From contig NW_026782399.1 of the NCBI RefSeq assembly GCF_031769215.1, positions 1 to 64,000 of the forward strand: a stretch of DNA of 64,000 nt, in the 5' to 3' direction. The position numbers and the translations under genes were made by a program. Of this stretch, positions 1-8,337 are shown piece after piece (positions within the stretch are counted from its first letter, which is position 1; every line of letters starts with the position of its first letter). The stretch comes from Ylistrum balloti. Taxonomy: Eukaryota. Below the pieces are notes generated by a model. The model ran no database searches. It had not been told where the DNA came from and saw only the letters and a program-made list of their open reading frames with translations.

Positions 1-2097
1 CAAAAGGGTTAAGTGATTCTTGATGTCTTCAGTAAAACTTTTTTTGAAATGTTGTTTTTGAAAATCTTCTTGTTGTTTGTTTACAAATTTCCCATGCATT
101 GAAAAAATGATTTTGTTTTTTGGATGATAGGTTGCTTTTTTGAAATGATGAAAAGGATTGGAATGATAAGAAAGTTTTTTTGAGAAACCTTTGTGACGGA
201 TAGATGAGGTGGATGAAAAAGAATCTTGATTTGAAGATTTGTTTTTTTTGCTTCCCGCATAAAGGTACGATGCTCCTGTCATGATGGATACACCGTGAAG
301 GGAAAGTAATGCACAGATAAGAGAAAAAACTCCCATGTGGTCATTGGTGATGATATCCACCTTGATGGATTCTTTATCTTTCTTGTCCAAGGTCACTTCT
401 ATTTCCAAATTCTCTTTGTTTTTTTCTAAAGAGACCATTTGCTTGATATGCTTGAGAATTTTTTGTGAAGAGAAATTAATAAAATAATCGCTTTCAAGTT
501 TTTGAATATGAAGATTAAAGTATGGGATAAGTAAAGATTGATCTTCCATGGTTTGAATTCTTTCACTAACCTCTTCTAATTTTTCATAGAATGATAGGGT
601 TATTTCAAACAAGGCAGTGAATAGTTCTCGGTTTTCCAACATGATGGACTGAACTTTTTCGATAAACTGACCTTTAGAAGACTCGGGAAAGCCCATCAAG
701 TGTTCGATGAAGTCTTGAAATTCGGGTTTTTGAGGGACTTCCCTTATGGGCAAGAAATCTTGTAGTTGGAGATAGTGCTCCACTCTTCTTAGGAAGCAAT
801 AGTTATTATATAGGCAGTTATACTCATTTTTATTGATAATTTTATAAGATGCCAGTTTTTTGAGAGTGGATAGGGTATCAGTTGAGTTCAAATAGTCGGT
901 AATTTGACCGTGGCTAATTTGGAGAAATTGGACAATAAATTCGATGTCTCGAATTCCTCCTGGAGAGAGTTTGATGTCCTTGAAGTCTTGGGAATTGAAG
1001 AAGATTTCAATTTTCTTTTTCATTCTTGCAATGCTGAAAAGCATTTTCTTGGATGAGTGATTTTGATTGAAGACAAATTCTTTTCTCAATTCTTCAAACT
1101 GTTTACCGACCTTTTCATCGCCTCCGACCATTCGAGCTTTGATGAGGGCTTGGCATTCCCAAGAATCGGCTCTTTTTTCATAGTACTTCCTGTATTGTTT
1201 AAGGGTTAAGAAGAGAGGTCCTTGGTTCCCTTCTGGCCTTATCCTTAAATCCACCTTGAAAACAAAACCATCCGAAGTGAGTTTATCCAGTAGTTCAATG
1301 AAGAGGTGAATTTTTTTGATAATGGTAGGATAGGAAGAATGAGATACTTTGTTTTGAAGGATATCTTCTGGGTCTGCGAGAACAAACATTAAATCAATGT
1401 CGGATTGGTAATTGAGTTCTCGTCCTCCTAATTTGCCCATTGCGATAACGGCAAGAGGAAATTCTGATAACCCGATCACATCAATGACAAATTGAATGGT
1501 AGCTTCTGCAAATGAGGAAACTTTATTCACTGTTTCTTCAAAACTGTCCATTTTTAAGTAGTCCGAAATACTTATTTGTGTGAACTGCTTAATCTTAGCG
1601 ACTCTTAAATAACGGTAAAAATAAGAAAGATCAGGAAGCCCACTGGGTTTGGAGGTTAAATGATTAGTTTGGTAGATCTCCCATTCATTTTTAAATTGCT
1701 TTTTCACCCTATTATCAAAATCTTGAGTGGATTCTTTAACAATTGGGAAATCATTCAAGAATGGAAATTTTAGAAAATATTGTCCTAATATATCACTGTT
1801 AGAAAATAAAGTGATTAGTTGAATGAGGGATTTAGAATTTTCTGAGAAGAGTTTTTTAGAAAGCTCTAAGAGTGTGTTTGTTGATTCATTCTTGTCTTCA
1901 ATCTTTTCTATTAATGAAACTATTCTTAATACAGCTAATTTGGGGTTAGCGCAATTTTTTAGGGTTTGCTTTAAATAGAGTGAAACCTTGTTTGGATTTT
2001 GAACAGACTTTTTAAGGTAGGGGAGAATTTTATTCTTCACCGCTTGATCGATGTGGCTATTGTGTTTGGTGTCGATTAACAATGTTTTTGTTGTCAT
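1..2097 (-). CDS. glnE: GlnE-like glutamine synthetase adenylyltransferase with an ACT-like domain (partial, runs off left edge)
   Basis: Manual translation: ATG at 2097, no stop down to position 1 (699 codons). Contains AMGKLGGRELNYQSDIDL, VDLRIRPEG, WECQALIKAR and KLSPGGIRDIEF, then an ACT-like segment VDIITNDHMGVFSLICALLSLHGVSI. Not in the ORF track because the stop is outside the window. Confidence 0.75.
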   Translation of the reverse strand, partial: MTTKTLLIDTKHNSHIDQAVKNKILPYLKKSVQNPNKVSLYLKQTLKNCANPKLAVLRIVSLIEKIEDKNESTNTLLELSKKLFSENSKSLIQLITLFSNSDILGQYFLKFPFLNDFPIVKESTQDFDNRVKKQFKNEWEIYQTNHLTSKPSGLPDLSYFYRYLRVAKIKQFTQISISDYLKMDSFEETVNKVSSFAEATIQFVIDVIGLSEFPLAVIAMGKLGGRELNYQSDIDLMFVLADPEDILQNKVSHSSYPTIIKKIHLFIELLDKLTSDGFVFKVDLRIRPEGNQGPLFLTLKQYRKYYEKRADSWECQALIKARMVGGDEKVGKQFEELRKEFVFNQNHSSKKMLFSIARMKKKIEIFFNSQDFKDIKLSPGGIRDIEFIVQFLQISHGQITDYLNSTDTLSTLKKLASYKIINKNEYNCLYNNYCFLRRVEHYLQLQDFLPIREVPQKPEFQDFIEHLMGFPESSKGQFIEKVQSIMLENRELFTALFEITLSFYEKLEEVSERIQTMEDQSLLIPYFNLHIQKLESDYFINFSSQKILKHIKQMVSLEKNKENLEIEVTLDKKDKESIKVDIITNDHMGVFSLICALLSLHGVSIMTGASYLYAGSKKNKSSNQDSFSSTSSIRHKGFSKKLSYHSNPFHHFKKATYHPKNKIIFSMHGKFVNKQQEDFQKQHFKKSFTEDIKNHLTLL

Positions 2098-2136
2098 TGA
2101 TCAGCGATTAGTGGCTTTTCAAATTTATCATAAACT

Positions 2137-2943
2137 TTAATTGTTAAGCGTTTTATTAAATGGTAAAAAGGGGTTGCAATAAAAAACTTTTTTCAAGAAT
2201 AATGCATGAGGAGGCACTCTTTTTTTAGCAAGGGTGCAATCTCTTGCTTTTAAAATTTTTTTAATATGACTTGCAGGTAATCCCTTTTCATAAGTAAAGA
2301 ATGCATTTCCAATTATGGATCGCACCATGCTTCTTAAGAATCCATTTGCGTAAATGTCAATCCACAACTTCCTGCCTTGCAAGGTCAGATCAATTTTATA
2401 AATGGTTCTTCGGTAATTTTTTTCTTTGCTTTGAGTGCTTGTGGAAAAACTACTGAAATCATGATGCCCTTCTAACGGTTTAAAATAGTTTTGAAGTTTG
2501 TTTAAAACCGGTTTAGGACTTGCAATGTAATAGTAATACTCAATATGATTGGCTTTCAAATAAGGTGTGGATTGGTCGGGATTAAGAAAAAAAATTTGAT
2601 AGCGATAAAAACGCAATTGTGCCGAATACCTTGGGTGAAAAGATGCATCAACTTTTTGGAGTGAAGTAATTCTAATTTCTGCAGGGAGTTGGTGGTTTAA
2701 AATTCGAATTAGTTTTTTTAAAGTTATTTTTAGTAGGAGTGGAGAATTAATTTCAGCTGTGAAGGTTTGATGATCGGCATGCACTCCACTATCTGTCCTG
2801 CCCGATACAAGAGTTGGAATTTTTGAGGAAAAAAAATCTTCTAAAACTTTTTCGATATACCCTTGAACGGTAGCAAGTGAGGGTTGCTTTTGAGAACCAT
2901 GAAATTTTCTTCCATCATAGGTGAGGTGAAAAAGTATTTTCAA
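2137..2943 (-). CDS. truA: tRNA pseudouridine(38-40) synthase TruA
   Basis: YDGRKFHGSQKQ, SGRTDSGVHA (catalytic Asp), FHPRYSA, ANGFLRSMVRSIIG. Confidence 0.95.
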   Translation of the reverse strand: MKILFHLTYDGRKFHGSQKQPSLATVQGYIEKVLEDFFSSKIPTLVSGRTDSGVHADHQTFTAEINSPLLLKITLKKLIRILNHQLPAEIRITSLQKVDASFHPRYSAQLRFYRYQIFFLNPDQSTPYLKANHIEYYYYIASPKPVLNKLQNYFKPLEGHHDFSSFSTSTQSKEKNYRRTIYKIDLTLQGRKLWIDIYANGFLRSMVRSIIGNAFFTYEKGLPASHIKKILKARDCTLAKKRVPPHALFLKKVFYCNPFLPFNKTLNN

Positions 2944-2968
2944 TAATTACAATAGAAGAGAGTTTAGA

Positions 2969-3847
2969 CTAAGAATAAAAGTCTTCTTCTTGAAGAGGTG
3001 ATCCTTGTAGCTTTTCAATGCTTCTTTTAATTTGTTCGTAGACAATACGAACTCTTTCAACAAGCGGGGAAGGGGATTTTTTAGAGATTTTCCCAACTCC
3101 AAAAACTTTTGAAAGTTTGATTCGCAAGCGATTGAGTTTTTCAATTTTTTCATCGTCGTTTTGAATCAAGTCAAGAAATTCATTGGATAACAAACAATTG
3201 AGTAACACCATTCCTTGAAATCCAAAATCATGATCAATATCAGGACCATAGTAAGAAATATCTATTTCGTTTGTTCCTTTTTCAATTTCTTCAGCGGCTT
3301 CTTCATAAAAGATGCTTGCTAAATAACGATAATGAATACATAAGGAATTATAGTCTTCATTTTCATTTTCCTCGGCAATTTGTTTTGCACACCAGCTGGC
3401 TCTTAAAGAACAAAGTCCCTTAAAGAAATTACTTGAATTTTTTTGAAGTACAAAACTATAACAGTGAATAGCTAAGAAATAACTAATTAGTCCATGCTGG
3501 AGATTCCGGTTTTTTTTAAAATTAAGAGGTTCTCCCTTATTGAGGGTGAGGGCTTGCTCCTGCCTTTGATCTTTAAAATATTTGATTTTTTCATTATCGT
3601 GGATTCCACTAACAAAGTGTTCTTTCAAAGAAGCAAACCAGCATGACGGACAGACAATAATGCTATAAATCAATGGGTAAATTAATCCAAATTGCTTGCT
3701 TGGAATGTAATTCCTTCTTAAGTCCAAGTCAAGAGAAGAAGTATTGAGTCTGCCTCTTCCACTTCTTAGCATCTCAATATGGAATTGGGTTTCACAAATG
3801 GGGCAAGAAGTGGCATCCTTGGAGAAGAAAGAAATAGTATTATCCAT
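2969..3847 (-). CDS. DUF2225 family protein (two CxxC pairs)
   Basis: CPICETQF...DLDLRRNY...YPLIYSIIVCPSCWFAS pattern, recognised from memory as DUF2225. Confidence 0.75.
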   Translation of the reverse strand: MDNTISFFSKDATSCPICETQFHIEMLRSGRGRLNTSSLDLDLRRNYIPSKQFGLIYPLIYSIIVCPSCWFASLKEHFVSGIHDNEKIKYFKDQRQEQALTLNKGEPLNFKKNRNLQHGLISYFLAIHCYSFVLQKNSSNFFKGLCSLRASWCAKQIAEENENEDYNSLCIHYRYLASIFYEEAAEEIEKGTNEIDISYYGPDIDHDFGFQGMVLLNCLLSNEFLDLIQNDDEKIEKLNRLRIKLSKVFGVGKISKKSPSPLVERVRIVYEQIKRSIEKLQGSPLQEEDFYS

Positions 3848-3864
3848 TCTTATTAATGCTTATT

Positions 3865-4476
3865 TTAAGGTTTAAGGTAATTGATGATTTCACTACTACC
3901 AACTTCAACATCATTAAACAACTTATCTGTCCATCGAACAAAAAAATTATAAGCGACCACCGATGGAATTGCAATGACAAGTCCTATTGCTGTGGTGATG
4001 AGAGCATCTGAAATTCCAGATGCAACGGATCCTTGTTCAATATTGCCTTGTGAGATAACGACGAATGACTTGATCATACCTAACACTGTACCTAAAAGAC
4101 CAAGAAGAGGTGCGATAGTTGAGATTGTGTTAAGGGAATTGAGAAATTTGTCAAATTGCTGTAATTGTTTTTGTGTTTCAATTTGTACAATGCTTTCTAA
4201 ATGTTCTTTACTTTCATTAATGTTTTCAAGGATGACCTTCACCACATAGGCCAAGGGGCTTTGGCGAATTGAATGATTACAGGTTTGCATGGCTAACTTT
4301 ACTTTTTCAGTCGTCAAGTGTCCTTCCAATGTAAGTTTAATTTCCTTGATGAATTGAGCACGATTACTTTTAAATCGAATGAAAAAAAATATTCTCTCCA
4401 AAATGATTGCCAAAGTAACAATCGAAATACCAAGTAAAATCAATACAATGTAATTCTTAGTGTTTAAAATTTCCAT
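3865..4476 (-). CDS. MotA/TolQ/ExbB proton channel family protein
   Basis: Three TM segments; TIAPLLGLLGTVLGMI and GISDALITTAIGLVIAIP motifs. Confidence 0.9.
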   Translation of the reverse strand: MEILNTKNYIVLILLGISIVTLAIILERIFFFIRFKSNRAQFIKEIKLTLEGHLTTEKVKLAMQTCNHSIRQSPLAYVVKVILENINESKEHLESIVQIETQKQLQQFDKFLNSLNTISTIAPLLGLLGTVLGMIKSFVVISQGNIEQGSVASGISDALITTAIGLVIAIPSVVAYNFFVRWTDKLFNDVEVGSSEIINYLKP

Positions 4477-4484
4477 GTTAACTT

Positions 4485-4758
4485 TTATTTGTTTTTTAAT
4501 TTTTTTTTCTTTTCTGTCAGCAGGCTATCGATTTCGTTGAAAAGTTTTTTTATTTCATTAATATTGAGAGAAACGACTTTTTTTTTTTTTAAAACGGGTA
4601 AAAGCATTTTCTCCTAATTCCCGAAGTTTTTTATTTATTTTACTTTCCAAAATTTCAACTTCAATTTTCCTTAATTGAAGTTGAAATTTATCGGGATCGT
4701 TCTTTTTCTTGTCTTTTTGAATGGTAATCCAATCATCAAATTTTTTTCTAATTTTCAT
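4485..4758 (-). pseudogene. Small basic helical protein (about 90 aa) frameshifted in an A13 tract
   Basis: The track ORF 4558..4758 stops just after a 13-A run (plus-strand T 4578-4590). With one A fewer the frame continues VVSLNINEIKKLFNEIDSLLTEKKKKLKNK to a TAA at 4485-4487, which ends 8 nt before the exbB-like ATG. Confidence 0.5.
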
Positions 4759-4831
4759 TGATTTCTTAAGGTAAATAATAACATAGAAACTGTTTTTAGC
4801 ATTGATAAAACTTAAGTTAAATTGAAGCTTT

Positions 4832-5090
4832 TTTTAAAAAGTTTTCATTAAAATATGTTAATCTTAACTAAGTTTTTAAAACAATTATTTGACTATATTA
4901 CTTTAATAATATAGATGAGCAGAAAAAAATGAATAAAAAGAATAAAGTTAACATGGTAAACAAAGATTTAGAAGCTAATCGAATTATCTCAAATTCACTT
5001 AATAAATTTAGCTTATCAAAAATAGCACTCTTTTTAATATTGTTAGTTTTTATACTTATTGCTTGTAGTGACACAGACAGTGGTGGTAGC
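4832..5090 (+). repeat. Duplicated upstream region plus lipoprotein leader (second copy 6354..6612; shorter copies before 7937 and 8338)
   Basis: Near-identical sequence at a 1522-bp offset, from TTTTAAAAAGTTTTC through GACAGTGGTGGTAGC. Confidence 0.9.
4893..4914. promoter_or_regulatory. Inverted repeat CTATATTA-N6-TAATATAG overlapping a TTGACT hexamer; identical copies at 6415..6436, 7904..7925, 8302..8323
   Basis: Perfect 8-bp arms 11-14 nt upstream of each locus-1 paralog start; operator role is inferred. Confidence 0.45.
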
Positions 5091-6263
5091 ATCATCGTGT
5101 TTGTGCCTATTACAGACAGTGGTGATAGCACCCCCGTGCCTATTTACACCCTCACCTATTCTACCGCTTTTAAGGACAACACCAATGATATAGACGGATT
5201 GGGTGGGGCGCTATCTGTTGCCGTTAGTCTTGATGGAAGCAATGTCTATGTGGCAAGTTCTTTCGATCATGCTTTGGCAGTGTTTAATAGAAATACGACA
5301 ACTGGCGTACTCACCTATTCCACTAATTTTAAAGACAATACTAATGGAGTGGACGGATTGGGTGGGGCGGAATCTGTGACCGTTAGTCCTGATGGAAACA
5401 ATGTCTATGTGGCAGGTCGGGATGATGATGCCTTGGCAGTGTTTAATAGAGATACGACAACTGGTGCACTCATCTATAGCACCGTTTTTAAAGATGGACA
5501 AGGTGGAGTGGACGGATTGGATGGGGCGGAATCTGTGACCGTTAGTCCTGATGGAAACAATGTCTATGTGGCAGGTCGGGATGATGATGCCTTGGCAGTG
5601 TTTAATAGAGATACGACAACTGGTGCACTCATCTATAGCACCGTTTTTAAAGATGGACAAGGTGGAGTGGACGGATTGGGTGGGGTGCAATCTGTGACCG
5701 CTAGTCCTGATGGAAACAATGTTTATGTGGTAGGTCGGGATGATGATGCCTTGGCAGTGTTTAATAGAGATACGACAACTGGTGCACTCATCTATAGCAC
5801 CGTTTTTAAAGACGGACAAAATGGAGTGGATGGATTGAATAGTGTTCGATCTGTGACCGTTAGTCCTGATGGAAACAATGTCTATGTGGTAGGTAATAGC
5901 GATAGAGCCTTGGCGGTGTTTAACAGGAATAAGACAACTGGTGTACTTATCTATAGCACCGTTTTTAAAGACGGACAAGGTGGAGTGGATGGATTGTATG
6001 GTGCTCAATCTGTCACCGTTAGTCCTGATGGAAACAATGTCTATGTGGTAGGTGATTTCGATGATGCCTTGGCAGTGTTTAATAGAAATACGACAACTGG
6101 CACACTCATCTATTCCACTAATTTTAAAGACGGACAAGGTGGAGTGGACGGATTGGATGGGGCTCAATCTGTGACCGTTAGTCCTGATGGAAACAATGTC
6201 TATGTGGTGGCAAGTTTGAACGATCATGCCTTGGCAGTGTTTAACAGGAGTAGGATCCAGTGA
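4929..6263 (+). CDS. Lipoprotein with 7-bladed beta-propeller (lactonase/YVTN-like 53-aa repeats), no InlB repeat
   Basis: Lipobox LIA-C46; seven repeats YSTxFKDGxxGVDGLxGAxSVTVSPDGNNVYVxGxxDDALAVFNRxTTTGxL with a 159-bp period. Confidence 0.85.
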   Translation: MNKKNKVNMVNKDLEANRIISNSLNKFSLSKIALFLILLVFILIACSDTDSGGSIIVFVPITDSGDSTPVPIYTLTYSTAFKDNTNDIDGLGGALSVAVSLDGSNVYVASSFDHALAVFNRNTTTGVLTYSTNFKDNTNGVDGLGGAESVTVSPDGNNVYVAGRDDDALAVFNRDTTTGALIYSTVFKDGQGGVDGLDGAESVTVSPDGNNVYVAGRDDDALAVFNRDTTTGALIYSTVFKDGQGGVDGLGGVQSVTASPDGNNVYVVGRDDDALAVFNRDTTTGALIYSTVFKDGQNGVDGLNSVRSVTVSPDGNNVYVVGNSDRALAVFNRNKTTGVLIYSTVFKDGQGGVDGLYGAQSVTVSPDGNNVYVVGDFDDALAVFNRNTTTGTLIYSTNFKDGQGGVDGLDGAQSVTVSPDGNNVYVVASLNDHALAVFNRSRIQ

Positions 6264-6450
6264 AAATGTTGATTCTCGGCTTTATTTATTTGACTTTATT
6301 TAGTAATAAGCGGTGTTTTTCGAGCTCGAGCTTAATTCCACTTGACAAAATCATTTTAAAAAGTTTTCATTAAAATATGTTAATCTTAACTAAGTTTTTA
6401 AAACAATTATTTGACTATATTACTTTAATAATATAGATGAGCAGAAAAAA

Positions 6451-7542
6451 ATGAATAAAAAGAATAAAGTTAACATAGCAAACAAATATTTAGAAGCTAA
6501 TCGAATTATCTCAAATTCACTTAATAAATTTAGCTTATTAAAAATAGTACTCTTTTTAATATTGTTAGTTTTTATATTTATTGCTTGTAGTGATACAGAC
6601 AGTGGTGGTAGCACCACTACGCCTATTTACACCGTAATCTTTAATACAGACGGTGGTAGCACGGTTGTTTCCCAGCAAGTCAATTCTGGTGAGAAAGCAA
6701 CTGAACCTACCGATCCTACACGAGCAAATTACAGCTTTAGTGGATGGTACGAAGATGAATCATTGACCACTATTTTTTATTTTGAAAGTACGATAGTTAC
6801 TAACGACCTAACTCTGTATGCCAAATGGAACATAATAGAATATACTCTCACCTATAGCACCGTTTTTAAAGATGGACAAGATGGAGTAGACGGATTGGAA
6901 GGGGCATTTTCTGTCACCGTTAGTCCTGATGGAGAAAGTGTCTATGTGGTAGGTTTTGACGATGATGCCTTGGCAGTGTTTAACAGAGATACAACAACTG
7001 GGGCACTTACCTATAGCACCGTTTTTAAAGATGGACAAGATGGCGTGGACGGATTAGATGGGATAACCTCTGTCGTGGTTAGTCCTTATGGAAACAATGT
7101 CTATGTGGTAGGCTATAATGATAATGCCTTGGCAGTGTTTAACAGAGATACGGCAACTGGCGCACTTACCTATAGCACCGTTTTTAAAGATGGACAAGAT
7201 GGCGTGGACGGATTGAATAGAGCATCTTCTGTTACCGTAAGTTCTGATGGAAACAATGTGTATGTGGCAGGTCGGGATGATGATGCCTTGGCAGTGTTTA
7301 ACAGAGATACGGCAACTGGCGCACTTACCTATAGCACCGTTTTTAAAGACGGACAAGGTGGAGTAGACGGATTGGGGGGTACTCTATTTGTCACCATTAG
7401 CCCTGATGGAAACAATGTCTATGTGGCAGGTCGAGATGATAATGCCTTGGCAGTGTTTAACAGAGATACGGCAACTGGCGTACTCACCTATAGTACCGTT
7501 TTTAGAGACGGACAAGATGGCGTGGACGGATTAGTCACCTGA
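6451..7542 (+). CDS. Lipoprotein with 1 InlB B-repeat plus propeller, truncated after 4 intact blades
   Basis: FIA-C lipobox; FNTDGGS...FSGWY...LTLYAKW unit; stops at DGLVT* where the fifth blade has a deletion. Confidence 0.8.
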   Translation: MNKKNKVNIANKYLEANRIISNSLNKFSLLKIVLFLILLVFIFIACSDTDSGGSTTTPIYTVIFNTDGGSTVVSQQVNSGEKATEPTDPTRANYSFSGWYEDESLTTIFYFESTIVTNDLTLYAKWNIIEYTLTYSTVFKDGQDGVDGLEGAFSVTVSPDGESVYVVGFDDDALAVFNRDTTTGALTYSTVFKDGQDGVDGLDGITSVVVSPYGNNVYVVGYNDNALAVFNRDTATGALTYSTVFKDGQDGVDGLNRASSVTVSSDGNNVYVAGRDDDALAVFNRDTATGALTYSTVFKDGQGGVDGLGGTLFVTISPDGNNVYVAGRDDNALAVFNRDTATGVLTYSTVFRDGQDGVDGLVT

Positions 7543-7874
7543 TGGAAACAATGTCTATGTGGCAGTTGATGACGGTGTTTGACAGATGATAACTGGTGCC
7601 TTACCTATAGCACCGTTTTTAAAGACAGAGATACGGCAACTGACCGGCGATGGAAACAATATCTATCTGATGGCAATTTTTAATAGTTTTGTTGATGCCT
7701 TGGCAGTGTTTTTAGTACTCACCTATAGTACCGTTTTTAAAGACGGTAATAAAGGTGTGGACGGATTGGGTGGGGCGAAATCTGTGACCGTTAGTCCTGA
7801 TGGAAACAATGTCTATGTGATAAGTGCTTCAGGATGATGCCTTGGCAGTGTTTAACAGGAGTAGTAGCCAGTGA
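7543..7874 (+). pseudogene. Scrambled remnants of blades 5-7 of the 6451 gene
   Basis: Blade DNA fragments with several small indels; ends with the paralog terminus AGGAGTAGTAGCCAGTGA; extra T near 7831 (AGTGCTTCAGGATGA vs paralog AGTTCTCAGGATGAT). Confidence 0.75.
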
Positions 7875-7936
7875 AATTGCGATTCTCGGCTTTATTTATT
7901 TGACTATATTACTTTAATAATATAGATGAAAAAAAA

Positions 7937-8272
7937 ATGAATAAAAGAATAAAGTTAACACAGTAAACAAATATTTAGAAGCTAATCGAATTATCTCAAA
8001 TTGACTGGAAATTTAGCTTATTAAAAATAGCATTCTTTTTAATATTGTTAGTTTTTATACTTATTGCTTGTAGTGACACAGACAGTGGTGGTAGCATCAC
8101 CGGACCTATTTACACCTTTAACTATAGTACCGTTTTTAAAGACGGACAAGGTGGAGTGGACGGATTGGGTGGGGCGAAATCTGTGACCGTTAGTCCTGAT
8201 GGAAACAATGTCTATGTGGTAAGTTCTCAGGATGATGCCTTGGCAGTGTTTAACAGGAGTAGTAGCCAGTGA
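7937..8272 (+). pseudogene. One-blade paralog with frameshifted leader
   Basis: ATGAATAAAAGAAT has one A fewer than paralog ATGAATAAAAAGAAT, plus another indel near 8000; lipobox IACSDTDSGG is joined directly to one terminal blade ending RSSSQ*. Confidence 0.8.
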
Positions 8273-8337
8273 AATTGCGATTCTCGGCTTTATTTATTTG
8301 ACTATATTACTTTAATAATATAGATGAGCAGAAAAAA

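Noticed and set aside
4807-4876. Inverted repeat AAAACTTAAGTTAA / TTAACTAAGTTTT as an invertible promoter
   Set aside because: Imperfect, very AT-rich, only ~45 bp apart, and no invertase nearby.
5211-6227. Long antisense ORFs over the repeat genes (also 47208-48263 series, 45642, 50366, 7054)
   Set aside because: These are shadow frames produced by repeat periodicity; they start and stop at equivalent repeat positions and have no protein-like features.
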